Below, piece after piece: positions 25,603-38,610 of a DNA stretch of 64,000 nt (within the stretch, counting starts at the first letter, position 1; every line of letters starts with the position of its first letter). The translations under genes were made by a program, and so were the position numbers. The stretch covers positions 21,514,001 to 21,578,000 of the forward strand of contig NC_043020.1 of assembly GCF_006345805.1 (NCBI RefSeq), written 5' to 3'. Source of the stretch: Octopus sinensis (taxonomy: Eukaryota). A model generated the notes under the pieces. That model saw nothing but the letters and a program-made list of their open reading frames with translations. It searched no databases and had not been told where the DNA came from.

Positions 25603-26891
25603 TTGGATCATCCCATAAATAATGCAGTTTTTTTTATACTTCTTTTATTTTTCAAATTAAGATAAACAAAGTTCTTTTTTTAATCTAAAATATACTCTCC
25701 TTCATTTTCTACAATGCTCTTCCATCTATCTGGCAGACTTGCAAAGCTCCTCTTCCAAAATTCACTTGTCCGTGATGAAAAATACTCCTCCTGTACTGTT
25801 CTGACCTCGTCTACAGAATTCATATTTTTTCTGTCCAAATGATTTTGAAGACTGCAGAATAAATGATAATCAGATGGGGCAGTGTCCAGTGAATATGGTG
25901 GGTGGAGTATCATTTCCCATTCAAACTGCTCCAGTCTTTGGAATGTTATCCTCACTGTATGTGGCCAAGCATTATTTTGATGAAAGAACACCCTTCATCA
26001 TGAAACCAAAGATTGTCATTTTCCTTTTAGCGCTGACTTAAGCCACTCAAGCTGTTTGCAGTAGATCTCCTTTGTTATCATTTGGTTTGGATTTAAAAGT
26101 TCAAAGTGGACAAAACCTTTCATATCCCACCAAACAAATAACAACACCTGACACATGGGTGAAGACCTTCTTTAACTTGGGGTGCCGGTGTTTCTTCTTT
26201 CCCTACCCACTATATCAGTGCTTGACATTTTTATAGAGAACCCATTTCTCATCACCAGTCACTATTTGGTCCAAAAAAGGTTCATGCATGAGACGTGACA
26301 ACAAAGAAAAGCATATGTTCACTCTCTGTGCGATTAGACTCAGAAAGTTTGTGAGGACTCCATTGACCCAATTTGCTGATTTTTCTTATTGCACGCAGGT
26401 GTCAATAAATGGTTGAATGACCAAATCCAAGCTTCTCTGCTAGTTCCTCAACAGTTATGATGGGATTTTGTTCTACCAGGGTTTGCAGGACATCCTTGTC
26501 AAGCTCTACAGATCTTCCTGGACATGCTTCATTTTCTAGGCTGTAGTTTTCAGCCCAGAATTTCTGGAATCACCGTTGACACTGGCTTACACTTATTGTC
26601 CAATCCTCATACACTACATTAATATTCCTTGCACTTCACATTGCGTTGTTGCCTTTACTGAACTCATAAAACAAAACATGCTGAATGCACTCCTTTGTCA
26701 CTCTAGCTTTGAAAAAAATAACTGTTAAAATTGAACTGAACTACATTCTTCAAAACTTGCACTAAGAATAAGTATAAGGTAAAATTACTACCTGCTTTTA
26801 TAGCAAGTTGATGCAAGTAGTTTATCCTGTCCCCACTCTGAATTTTAATTCATGCAATTGAAAAAACCGCATTATTTGTGGGATGACCCAA
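25603..26891 (-). mobile_element. Full-length decayed mariner with both TIRs and TA target duplication
   Basis: TA|ttggatcatcccataaataatgcagttttt ... aaaaaccgcattatttgtgggatgacccaa|TA. ORF 25680-25991 has HQNNAWPH..HPPYSLDTAPSDYHLF (D,D34D region). Confidence 0.92.
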
Positions 26892-27869
26892 TATTTTCTG
26901 ATTTCTTATAAGGAAGCTAAAACTTCCAGATAGTTTAGAGTTGTCTGAATATCTCGTACTGAACAGAGCAAAGGGACTCAAAATGCATCCACTTGTCCAT
27001 AGGCGGCATTCTAAAGCAGGAATTTCTCCACACTGCTGTGAAAATACTTCTTTACACATCAAATATGACCCAGATTTTTTTGAATTGATCTAAAATTTCT
27101 TTACCATGGTTCTTGGTTCAGTCTCAGTCTGTGGCACCTTGGGCAAGTGTCTTCTTATAACCAAAGCCTTGTGAGTAGATTTGGCAGATGAAACTGAAAG
27201 AAGCCTTGTTTGTGTGTGTGTGTTAATCAATATTTATTATTCAAAATTCAACAAAGAAATATGAATAATAGGGAAAAAGGGTATAGTCAGTCATTGGAAG
27301 ACATAGTTTATTAAGGTTTTCTACACATTTCTATCTTCAGCTGCTAGAAGTATTTCGTAGAGTGACATCTCACAATTTGCACAAATCATACAGTGGTAAG
27401 TCATTCTTGGTCATTTCCTCTGATGCTTTCCACCTTGTAAGATGCTTAAAGCAACAAGCACTGTTGATAACATTCAGTGGGTGGGTGCTGCAGTTGGTGA
27501 CCAATCTATCTCAGCCAATGTTCCTTTATCTTTGTGCTTATTTGGTATTCATCAGCCATTTGATACAATATATCATTGGAAATGTGGTCATTATAGGATA
27601 TCTAATATATTTTCCTTAGTTTTTTTTGTGTGGAAAGTATTCACCATGGCTCTTTACCAATTCATGTTTATTACCCATGTCTTGCATCCATATATAAAAA
27701 TTAGAAGAAAGAATTTTGTACATCTTTATCTTCAATGTTGAGTTGATGTCAGATGACCAGAGGTGTTGAAGCTACGGCATTGCTCTACATGCCACTCTCC
27801 TTCTGTGTTTGAGCTGTGAGAGAGATCAATTACAGTTGATCCAAGGTAAGTGAATTTATCAACCCTGGA

Positions 27870-28420
27870 TAGTTGCTTTCCATTTGCCAGGATACCTGTT
27901 GTTTCATCTGAGTTTATATTAATGGTGATATACTGTTTTTGATTTGTTTATTTCTAGCCCCACAGTCTTTGCTTCTTGCATGGCATGATCCAAGTAGTCC
28001 TGTGCTTCTACGAGGCTAAGAGCAAAGAGAACAATCTCATCTGCAAATGCCGGATAGGCCAACTTATGTGACTCTGATATGCGAATTCCATCCTCCGCAT
28101 GCAGCTTTCATCACATGATCCATAACCACCAAAAATAGATAAGGTGTTAAGGTATCACCTTACAGAATTCCACTCCAAGGTGTGAAGCAGAGATGTTGGA
28201 AGTAAATTCAAGGGCTGGGTGGAAGGAGCACACTATCTTCATGAAGGTGGTGAGTTAAGTATGGACGAGAGAAATGGTTACGATGTAATCATCATTAACA
28301 AGGACATATATTGCAAAGTCCAACCCTCACCTCAAAAAGGTGCAGCTAGTGGAAACACTGGGTCAAATTCCCAGTAGGCTAATGAAGGTTCTGGTGATGA
28401 TAGTAGGATTAATCACCTGC
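27870..28420 (-). mobile_element. RTEX/RTE-like RT fragment
   Basis: The - strand gives PAFADEIVLFALSLVEAQDYLDHAMQEAKTVGLEI, covering RT motif 5 and the region after it. Confidence 0.55.
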
Positions 28421-28464
28421 TATTGGATGTGATAGATCTCCATTTTCCTTATCATTATTAATAC

Positions 28465-28810
28465 GTGTTGTCATCATCGTGGAACTCCGTCGGTTATGAT
28501 GATGAGGGTTCCAGTTGATCCGATCAACGGAACAGCCTGCTTATGAAATTAACATGCAAGTGGTTGAGCATGTCACAGACACATGTGCCCTTACTGTAGT
28601 TCTCAGGGAGATTCATCGTGACCGAGTGTGACAAGGCTGGCCCTTGAAATACAGGTACAACAGAAACAGGAAGAGAAAGTACAGCAGAATTCGCCCCCCC
28701 CCTACTGGAGCGTCGTGGAGCTTTAGGTGTTTTCGCTCAATAAATACTCACAATGCCCAGTCTGGGAATTGAAACTGCGAGTCTGCTGTCCTAACCACTG
28801 GGCCATTGCA
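28465..28810 (-). mobile_element. tRNA-derived SINE, third family
   Basis: - strand head gcaatggcccagtggttaggacagcagactcgcagtttcaattcccagactggg; ends in a gatgatgac tail. Confidence 0.75.
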
Positions 28811-31215
28811 CTGGTGTTAGGAAGGGCATCCAACCACAAAGACCATGCCAAAACAGACACAGAAGCATGGTGCAGGCTCCTGCCTGCCCAACTCTTGTCA
28901 AACTGTCCAACCCATGCCAGCATGGAAGGAGGATGTTAAATGATGATCATAAAATATATATATAGACCATAAAAAGTGAGCAGTTAAATATATTTATTTA
29001 ACCACTTAATTGATAGCCATAAGATTATGGCTGTTTTGCAGCCTTCATGTAATAATAATTTCAGTGTATAATAAATTATTTTACATGCCTGCACCAGTAT
29101 GCATGCTACACATTGCACAGTACAATTGTACATTTACTGATCAATGCAGATATAGAAAGCTAGTTCTTCAGATCACCAGAACATGATGTATACTCTGCAT
29201 ATACATACAAAATTATCCATTATATAAACAATGTATGGAAGATCAATAATTGATAAAATTCAAATCATATTGTCATTAAAGGATAAATGTAAATAATAAT
29301 GACATTTGTATGTTATCAATTAAGATGCTGGATTAAGATCTTTAGGAACTTGACCATCCTTAATGTAAACAAAAGACAGGAATTTAAAGTAGTTAGATTA
29401 AATTTAAAATATTTCGAGTGTTTGAAAATACATATAAACAATAAAATAAAACATAATTTGGAACAGTCAGCAGGAGATATGAAAATTAAAAATTAAAGGG
29501 ATAGCTTTGAACAACAGCAGTTGCTTTCAAATAGGGCTAAAAGGTCAAATGCATTGTCTCAATAAACAGTACTGAAGTCAACTGACCTACCTAAGGAGCA
29601 GATACCTATAAACATTAACATACTAAAAAGACAAAGAAAAATTTAAAATACACAACCACACACATACACATAGCAGTATATTCATACTCCTATAATATAC
29701 ATACATAGCACACAGAGACAAACAGCACACACTCAAACATATGTATACATAAGTGATTACATGACCAACCAGGCTATCAGACGTTATACATTGCTGATCA
29801 CAATGTGTTTTTGCATTGTTTTAGCCTTCAAATAATGCCACCTGCTGACTACACAAGCAGGCCAACATTTCCCCATGATCAAAAGGGGAATGGAGCAATA
29901 TGAAATGAAGTGCTTTGTTCAAGAACACAACATGCACTCAGTTTGGAAATCAAACCCACGATCTAGTGATCATGAGTGCAACAGCCTAACCACTAGGCCA
30001 CATGCCGTCACTGTATACATAAGTATAAACACAAAATAAGATACAGGAACACATATACACAATATTAAAAAATACTCATAAAAATAAATGGACAAGCAGG
30101 AACACATAAATATATGTACCTTTAGAGACATATGCATACATATAGGCGTGTGCGCATACACACATACAAACACATGCACATATATACATAATACACTCTC
30201 CTATTGATTGTAGAAAGATACCCATACAAACACATTCAGCTGCACAAATATGAATATGTAATATATATATAGCTACATACATAACATATAGGTACACAAA
30301 ATACACTGGCTAAGTAAAAATACAGACACACCAATCTGTTTAATGCACATATTAAATAAACATTCATACACGGAAACAGATATGGATACATATATATATT
30401 TTAATTTAGAGATAGTATACCCCTACTTCTCCCCAAATAAAAAGAATTTTTATTTTTATTTTAAATACCTACTGTTTTATTCCTTGGCAACACGTGTTTC
30501 ATGAGGTACATCCTCGGGTTCCTAAACCACTCCATGTTTCCCTGGAACCCCTCTCAAGATGCCACTCCAATCATCAGGCCCTTATAACTTTATCAATGTT
30601 CAATACAATAAACTATATTTTAATTTTGAAATCCCATAAATATGTGCAAAATAAGTATGTTTAAATTAGGTATGTTTAGTTTCACTGGACTCTACAGTAC
30701 AAGCCATAATTCAGATAAAAATTCAAATAAAGATAAAAAGTTACAGAAATAAAAGTTACACGAATAAAGTAAGGAATAAAAATCACAAAAAATATACAAA
30801 AATTTACAAAAACTATGTTAGTTATATATAGTGTTCCAAATAAAATTAAATTTACAAATACTATTTTAATCATATATTAAAAAAATGTGAATAAAAATGA
30901 AAGGAATACGAATAAAAGTAAATACGAGTAAAAATAAAAATAAAGATAGCAAGGAAAATATACACAAATAAAAGTTAATAAACATGGAGGCAATTACAAA
31001 GAGATAATTTCAAATAAAAGAGCTATAGTTCTAATACGAACTGCAAAATTTCAAGTGTTTTATTCTGTTTTATTCCTTGGTAACACGTGTTTCACGAGGT
31101 ACATCCTCGGGTTCCTAAGCATAATAGTTTAACGTAGCAGGAAATAGGGTGTGAGTACTTCGCTGGACATTACAATGTTGGGCCATAATTAGGATGTATG
31201 TATGTATGCATGCAT

Positions 31216-31708
31216 ACAGGAGTACATAGAGGTTTGAAGGTGTAGAATTACAGAATCATGCATATATATATAGGGGAAGAATTCACAAAAAAGACAGGTG
31301 GTGTAGACAACAAACATGTATTAGTATAACGCTTAGGAAGTGAAAAAGTCTAACATTTTGAGCCTACGCTCTTCCACAGAAAGAAACAAGGAGAGAAAAT
31401 AAAGAATGTATAGTGGCTAGTGATCTATAATAGCGATATATACATACATACATATATATATATCACCATGATAGATCGCTAGCCACTACACATTCTTTAT
31501 TTTCTCTCCTTGTTTCTTTCTGTGTTCCTTTTTGTGGAAGAGCGTAGGCTCGAAACGTTAAAGACTTTTTTCACTTCCTGAGCGTTATACTAATATATCA
31601 GTTTGTTGTCTACACCACCTGTCTTTTTTGTTTTTTTGTGAATTCTCCCCCTATATATATATGCATGATTCTGTAATTCTACATCTTCAAACCTCTATGT
31701 ACTCCTGT
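31216..31708. mobile_element. Second foldback (inverted pLTR-like arms around a microsatellite spacer)
   Basis: 31216-31428 is the reverse complement of 31471-31708. The arms carry gtggaagagcgtaggctcgaaacgtt. Confidence 0.85.
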
Positions 31709-31875
31709 CTGCATCTTTTTTTATTGATATACATAAATCCTATGTCTATAATCATGTTTGGAAGATTCAATCTAATTGAAATGTTTACATCAATCGGAGC
31801 ATTTGTATGCAAATGCTTATATACATATCTTTTGTTCTAAGATATCTATGTACAACTAATAATACATACAATTTA

Positions 31876-32054
31876 TTTTGACTGTGGCCATACTGGAGCA
31901 TTGCCTTTAGTTGAACAAATCGATCCCAGGACTTATTCTTTGTAAGCCTAGTACTTATTTTATCGGTTTCTTTGGCTGAATTGCTAAGTTACGTGGATGT
32001 AAACACACCAACGTCAGTCATCAAGCAATGGTGGGTGAATAAACACAGGCACAC

Positions 32055-32104
<50 letters not shown>

Positions 32105-32247
32105 CAGGCTTCTATCAGTTTCCATTACCAAATCCACTCACAAGTCTTTGGTCAGCGTGAGTCTATAGTAGAAGACACTTGCCCAAATTGCCATGCAGTG
32201 GAACTGAACCCAGAACAATGGGGTTGAGAAGCAAGCTTCTTACTTCA
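31876..32247 (-). mobile_element. Full tRNA-derived SINE (head, microsatellite, CR1-like tail)
   Basis: Collinear with 51145-51515; partial copies at about 10035-10120 and 57205-57420. Confidence 0.85.
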
Positions 32248-32990
32248 CTGGATAATTGTATATATTATTAATTATGATAATTTTTCAATTATTATATAAG
32301 GTTAATTCCTATATAAGGGTTTAATATATTAAATAAATAGGTAATTTAATTATTGCAACATAAAGTATCTAAGTTTCTGTTAAGCATTACATAGAATTAT
32401 TATCTGTATTTTTTATTCTTTAATTATCCATTAAGCATAACATAGAATTCTTGTCTGCAGTTTTTATTCTTTAGTTATCCAGTAATGTCATCAATGATTG
32501 TTTATAAAAAATATTCATTTTTAGGTCATTTTTTAAGTTGTTTTTTCAGATTATTTTTCTATGTAGATTTCAAATTGTCAAAAAATATAGAATTAGTATG
32601 ATATTTTTTTAATCTTTTATTTTTATAAAGTAAATTAGTTATTCAATGACATTGCTATTGGTTGAATGAATGAATGTTCTAAGTTGAATTTGATTTAAGC
32701 ATTCCTTTTTGTTAGCGTTTCTTAACAGCTAAAATATTTTCAGATGATCAGTTGGAATTTCACCAATTTGGATTACCTTGATAATGTTGTGCTGACATAT
32801 ATTTTCGAAGATATTATTATTAATTTTAATAATATTGTTTATATGTATATATATATATTATATATATATATATATAATATATATATATATGTGTGTGTGT
32901 GTGTTAATGCAATTGAAACAATTGTTGGATTTTTAAGGTGTGATCTAAAATAAAGATATGATTTTCTTCATACATATTATTTGTTGTTGT

Positions 32991-33031
<41 letters not shown>

Positions 33032-33053
33032 CATATTACATATAATATCTTAC

Positions 33054-33254
33054 TTTATTAATATGTTGCTGATATTTTGTGATTTCATCTTGAAGTTGTC
33101 TTGCATTGACCATTTCTTTTGGCACTGATTGAGCATATATTTTCATCTGCAGAATTTCTTGTTGTACCAAGGCCAAATCTGCATTGCACTGTTTCAATTG
33201 ACACCTTTGATGTTTGTTGACCCTTTCTAATTTCTGTTGTAGCCGACATGAGTT
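33054..33254 (-). CDS. Internal exon of an unidentified coiled-coil protein (67 aa)
   Basis: Polypyrimidine acceptor (ctgacag|tacag|; the start may be 33259 or 33254) and donor aaa|GTAAGA. Encodes NSCRLQQKLERVNKHQRCQLKQCNADLALVQQEILQMKIYAQSVPKEMVNARQLQDEITKYQQHINK, a heptad-like Q/E/K/L composition. Confidence 0.75.
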
Positions 33255-33539
33255 CTGTACTGTCAGAAAGTAAGAAGGCAAGGAGTAAGCTGATAAAAAA
33301 TATAGCAAAACAATAACTTTTTTTTTCTTAAATTACTTTTCTTTTTTTCTCACAATTTATAAACAATTGCATCATTGGTTAGGATCAATCAGTGATTCAT
33401 TGTAACAGTGTGAGGACAGAGGAATACCTTACAGCTGTCCCATCACTGTTTATATCATGTATCAGTATGTCTGAGTAAGATGCGCACACAGAAAATGCAT
33501 GCATACATATATACACATGAGAAGAGGTATGAAATAAGG

Positions 33540-34435
33540 GCTGATACAGATCTCTCTCTAAGGAGCATTGGTAAAATCTTCTTTTTAGAACAACAGAATA
33601 AAAAGATGGACCAGTTCACTGAGAAGATAGCATGTAGGTACTTGGCATGTAAGACGTAAACTACAGTAAGGGTTGATCATGTGAAGAGCTTGGCATGGAG
33701 CACTGACAAGTTTATGGCATCTGACTTTGAAGGATCCACCATACAATCCAAGAATAAAAGATCCCCACCAAGACATACAGCATACAAGACAAAAAACATT
33801 GACAGACAACAAATGTAGGCTTTGAAAGACTAAGACTAAAGACATCAACCATATTATTGCCAACTGTGAGAGAACATCTTCCAGATATTATCTTACCTTG
33901 AGGCATGATACTGTGACAAGAACAGTTTGGAACAGGATAGCAAAAAAAAAAAGTACCTACAAATGAAGTGGACTATATCGAGATCAATGGGTCAAAAGAA
34001 TATTGGTGGAAAACACCTACCAAGTTAAATGGCCAGGTATCATTGTGTGGAACCACAAAGAGAAGATATGTTCTGTTGTGGAAATCAGTTGCCCTCTGGA
34101 CACAAATGTGGTTAGAAAAAAACAAGAGAAAGAGGACATCTATGGACCATTAATAAGGAGTTTACAAATCATGTACCCAAGATACACTTTCAGCTTCATA
34201 CCTATTATTATTAGAGTAACCTGTCTGGAGCAAAGTATAGCTGAACATGGGATCTTGGAGAGAGAATGCAAATCCTTAATCCATACTCCACAAATTATTG
34301 TATCTGGGACTATAAAAGTCTGCAAGAACTTCTTGAGATTTAAAGGATGATGGTTAAAATAAGATACTTTCCTTCACAACCTTGCTACTGAGTAGATGAC
34401 CAGTCAAAATTTATTTTAAATTAAAAGCAGGAAGG
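33540..34435 (+). mobile_element. R4/Dong-like non-LTR element, 3' fragment (CCHC knuckle plus restriction-like endonuclease)
   Basis: DINHIIANC..RHDTV and PGIIVWNHKEKICSVVEISCPLDTNVVRKKQEKEDIY, the PD-(D/E)xK RLE region. Confidence 0.8.
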
Positions 34436-34499
34436 AAGGAGAGAGGGGGCAGGAAGAGAGGAAGGAAGGAGAGAGGGGGCAAGAAGTAAGGAAGGCAGG

Positions 34500-37400
34500 A
34501 CCTGCCTGCTTGCCTATGCTGTATAAACAGAACACCAAAAACTTGTGGACATCTTACTAGTGATCTGGGATATGTTTCAACAGGTTCAGAACCTTAATTT
34601 AAATGACAGGCCATACAACAGCAACATAAGCAAAGAATCCAGAAGATTAAAGTTAGCTGCTGTAAACAAATTAGCAAACAAATATTTGATGCCCATTCAG
34701 TCTAGAGGTATGGAAACAACCTATGAAGCCATTAATCCTTTTGATGTCTGAAATATTACATTACTAGCATATAACAAAGAGCTGAAGCTATGCAATCAAA
34801 ATTCAAGCAGAATCCTGAACTAGCATGAGCACATAACTTAAAAAATATAATTCTATTTCTGTGAAAAAGTATCTCACAGATCATTGTGGTTAGGAAATGT
34901 AACAAAGAGAACAACTTCACATGTCAGGAAGACCTCCGAAAAAAGCTAGAGAGGCAATTTGGTGATACAAAATTCAAAAACCTAAACTCTGAAGTACACC
35001 AGCTGAAACAACAACTCACAGCTATGACTGAAAAACTAAAGTATAAATCTACAAAACATAAATGGTAAATACTGAATAATTATTTGCTAGAAATTCCAAG
35101 TCAGTTTATTGCAGTTTCAATGCAAGAGGCTCAATCTCTATGAAAGATACTCAACAAAAGATCAGATTGAGGGTTACTAGAGATCTGTATAGGAAACAAT
35201 TGATCAATTTAACAAACAAGTTGTATGGCTAAAAGAACAAGAGCAGGACTTCTTCAGGTATGTCCAGCAAAAGCAATATGAAATAGATGGTGAAATACTG
35301 GAAACGGTTCCACAGAAAATGTCAAACAGGAAATCCCCAGGCTCATAACAAGCTACTAGCTGAAGAATTTCACCTTTTATGGGTGAGATATTATACAGTT
35401 GTATGGAGAAAATATAAAGTGTATACAAAAATTGCCCCAATAGTTATCAACTGCAACTCTCTCCTCATCCTCAAGAATAGTCACACTAACCTTGCTAAAA
35501 ATTACTGCCCAATAACCTGCCAGAACATTATGTACAAATTATAGACTGGGTGCCTCAATCTGTTCTTGCAATAATGTTCTACCAACAACATTATTGCACC
35601 TGAGCAAGCTGGAAGAAAGAAGGAGGTGTGGGGCTGTATATAGCAGCTACTAATTAACAAAGTGATTTAGGAAAAAATTGCAGGAACTTAACTGTCGCGT
35701 GGCTGGACTAACAGAAGGCTTTTGATACTATCTCACATAGTTGGATTATCAGGACCTTACAGTTAGCCAAAGTCCTTCAACCATTAATGAGTGCTATTGA
35801 ATGCCTTACCAAGACTTGGTACACCACTTTGCTCCTTAGAAATGGTAAGGAGAAAATTGAGTCAGATAACATTCACTACCAAAATAGCATCTTTCAGAGT
35901 GATAACCTGTCAGTGTTGCTCTTTGTCCTCTCATTAAAATCCACTATCATACTTCTCAGAAAATATAGTGGCCATAGAAATGGAACCAAAAGTATCTCAC
36001 ATCTTTTCTTTGTCAACAACCTGAAACTGTATGGGCCAAATATCAACAATATAAAAAAGCAACAGGACCTTGTCACCCAATTTTCCACAGATATTAGAAT
36101 GAAATTTAGTGAGTCTAAAAGTACATTTTTGACAATGAAATGTGGAAATGTTGCGCCCTCCTGAAACCCTAAAAATGACAACACAATCTCTACAGTCAGG
36201 TGATAACTATAGATATAGACAAGATGAGAATATCTGATATGATGGATTCATAAATAAGGAGAGGACCAGAAATGAATACCTCAGGAGAGTAAAGGGAATA
36301 TGGTCATCAGAACTCTCAGCTTACAACAAGCACATTGCCCTCAATACCTTACCTCATGTCTATGTTTGGTCTTCTGAACTAATTACAGCAAAAACTCAAT
36401 GAGATACATGTTTGAATTCGCAAGCTGCTCAGTATTACTGGAAACTTCAATATCAATGGAAATGTAGACAGGCTATACTGCCCATGCAAGGATGGTGGTC
36501 ATGGCCGCAAATCTGTATTGATGTCTACGAAGCATATATTGTGACACTGAAACAACATTTGCACCAGAGGAGAGAAACTAGTAATTATCTTGCTCAAGTT
36601 TGCTACCATAAAATCAATAACATAACTAGGATAGCTAATGAACCTGAGGAGAGGTTTGAAATAAGAGCTGATACAGATCTCTCCCCAAGGAGCATTTGGT
36701 AAAATCTATTTGTCAGAACAGAAAAAAAAAATTATCAGTTCACATGGGTACTTGGCATGTAAGACACAAACCACAGAAGGGATTGATTGTGTGAAGAGTT
36801 TGACATGGAGCACTGTCAAGTTTATGACACCCCACTTCGAAAGCCGCCTCCATGCAATTCAAGAATAAGAGATCCCCCAAGTAACTGCAGCATAAAAAGC
36901 AGAAAACATTAAGAGACAACAAATGTAGGCTTTGTATACCAAGACTGAAGATATTAAACCACATTATTGCCAACTGTGAGAGAATGTCTTCCAGATATTA
37001 TCCCGCCATGAGGCATGATGCAGTGATCAGAATGATCTGGAACAGAATAACAAAAAAGAAAACACCACCAGATGAAGTTGACTATATTGAGACCAATGGG
37101 CCAAAAGAATATTGGTGGAGCTTAAAAATTAAAACAGCTACCAAGTTAAAACACAACTGGCCAGATATCGTTGTGTGGGATCACAAGGAGTAGATGACAA
37201 TGGACTGAGATGTCTAGCAATATGACGTCCTTGAGAAGACCTGCCTGCTTCAGCAAAACTGAGTTCTAGAAGCACTGTGTGTTCCACCCACATGTAACAA
37301 TAAAACTTTTCCCACACCCTACCACAACAAATCAAACTACATCTCTTCTCTTCCTCACATTTCCTTTTTTTCATGCACAATGCTTATCCTTTGCTCCCCG

Positions 37401-38610
37401 TTCCTGTCCTCACTGCCCTGCTCACTGTATCATTGCTATCCTGTTGTCCTCCACCAGTCACTGCATTCCTCACACTCTTTGCATTCATGTAAAGTCTATA
37501 CTCCCTACTCATGCACTTTTGGCAATACCCTACCCTTTATATTCTGACCCCCGTACCTTGAGGGTATGCCCTGGCACATTGTCACTATCTCTCTCTCTCT
37601 TGTTCAACTCTATCAACCCATTTATATTCTGATCCCTGTTCTTTGTGAGCATGCTCTGGCACTTTGCCACCATCTCCCTCCTGCTCTCTTTTGCACTCTC
37701 ACTCTCTCCCTCTGACCAGTTAACCATGTATCTCTTCTACAGCAACACACCTGTTTCTGTCCTCATTCTTGATCACTCTCTCTCTCTCTCTCTCTCTCTC
37801 TGACAAGGTAATCATGTATCTCCTCTACAGCATGATACCTGGTTCTGTCTTTCTATCACACTCTAATCTTTCATCATCTGACACAAGATCGCTTCTTCCA
37901 ATGCCCCCTCCCCTCTCAAAGGATTTTTGTCTTGGTGATTTTGCCAATGCTGGTGCCATGTAAAAAGCATCCAGTCCATACTGTAAAGTGGTTGGCATTT
38001 GGAAGGGCATCCAGCTGTAAAAACCATGCCAAAACTAACTTCTCTGCTGGTGCCATATAAAATGTATTCAGTCCACTCTGTGGGATGGTTGGTGTTAGGA
38101 AGAGCATCCAGCCATAAAAACCATGCCAATACAGACACTGGAACCTGGTGCAGTCTTCTGCCTAGCCAGTTCTGGTCAAATTGTCCAGCCCATGCCAGTG
38201 TGGAAAGCGGATGTTAAATGATGATGATCACAAAGAGAAATGTTCTGTTGTGGAAATCAGTTGCCCTCTGGACACAAATGTGGTTAGAAAAAAACAAGAG
38301 AATGAGGACATCTATGGACCATTAATAAGGAGTTTACAAATCCAGTACCCAAGATACACTTTCAGCTTCATATCTATTATTATTGGAGTAACAGGATACA
38401 TAGCAACCTGTCTGGAGCAAAGTATGGCTGAACATGGGATCTTGGAGAGAGAATGCAAATCCTTAATTCACGCTCTACAAATTATCATGATATTAGGAAC
38501 TATAAAATGTGAAAAAACATTAAGATTTAAAGGATGATGGTTAAAACAAGATACTTTCCTTCACAACCTTGCTACAAAGTAGGTGGCCGGTCATAACTTA
38601 TTTTAAATTA
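34500..38610 (+). mobile_element. R4/Dong-like non-LTR element, long decayed copy interrupted at about 37192-38225
   Basis: AWLD*QKAFDTISHSWI, IFQSDNLSVLLF, HLFFVNNLKLYG (RT); CCHC; PDIVVWDHKE at 37160-37190, resuming DHKEKCSVVEISCP at about 38226. Confidence 0.85.
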
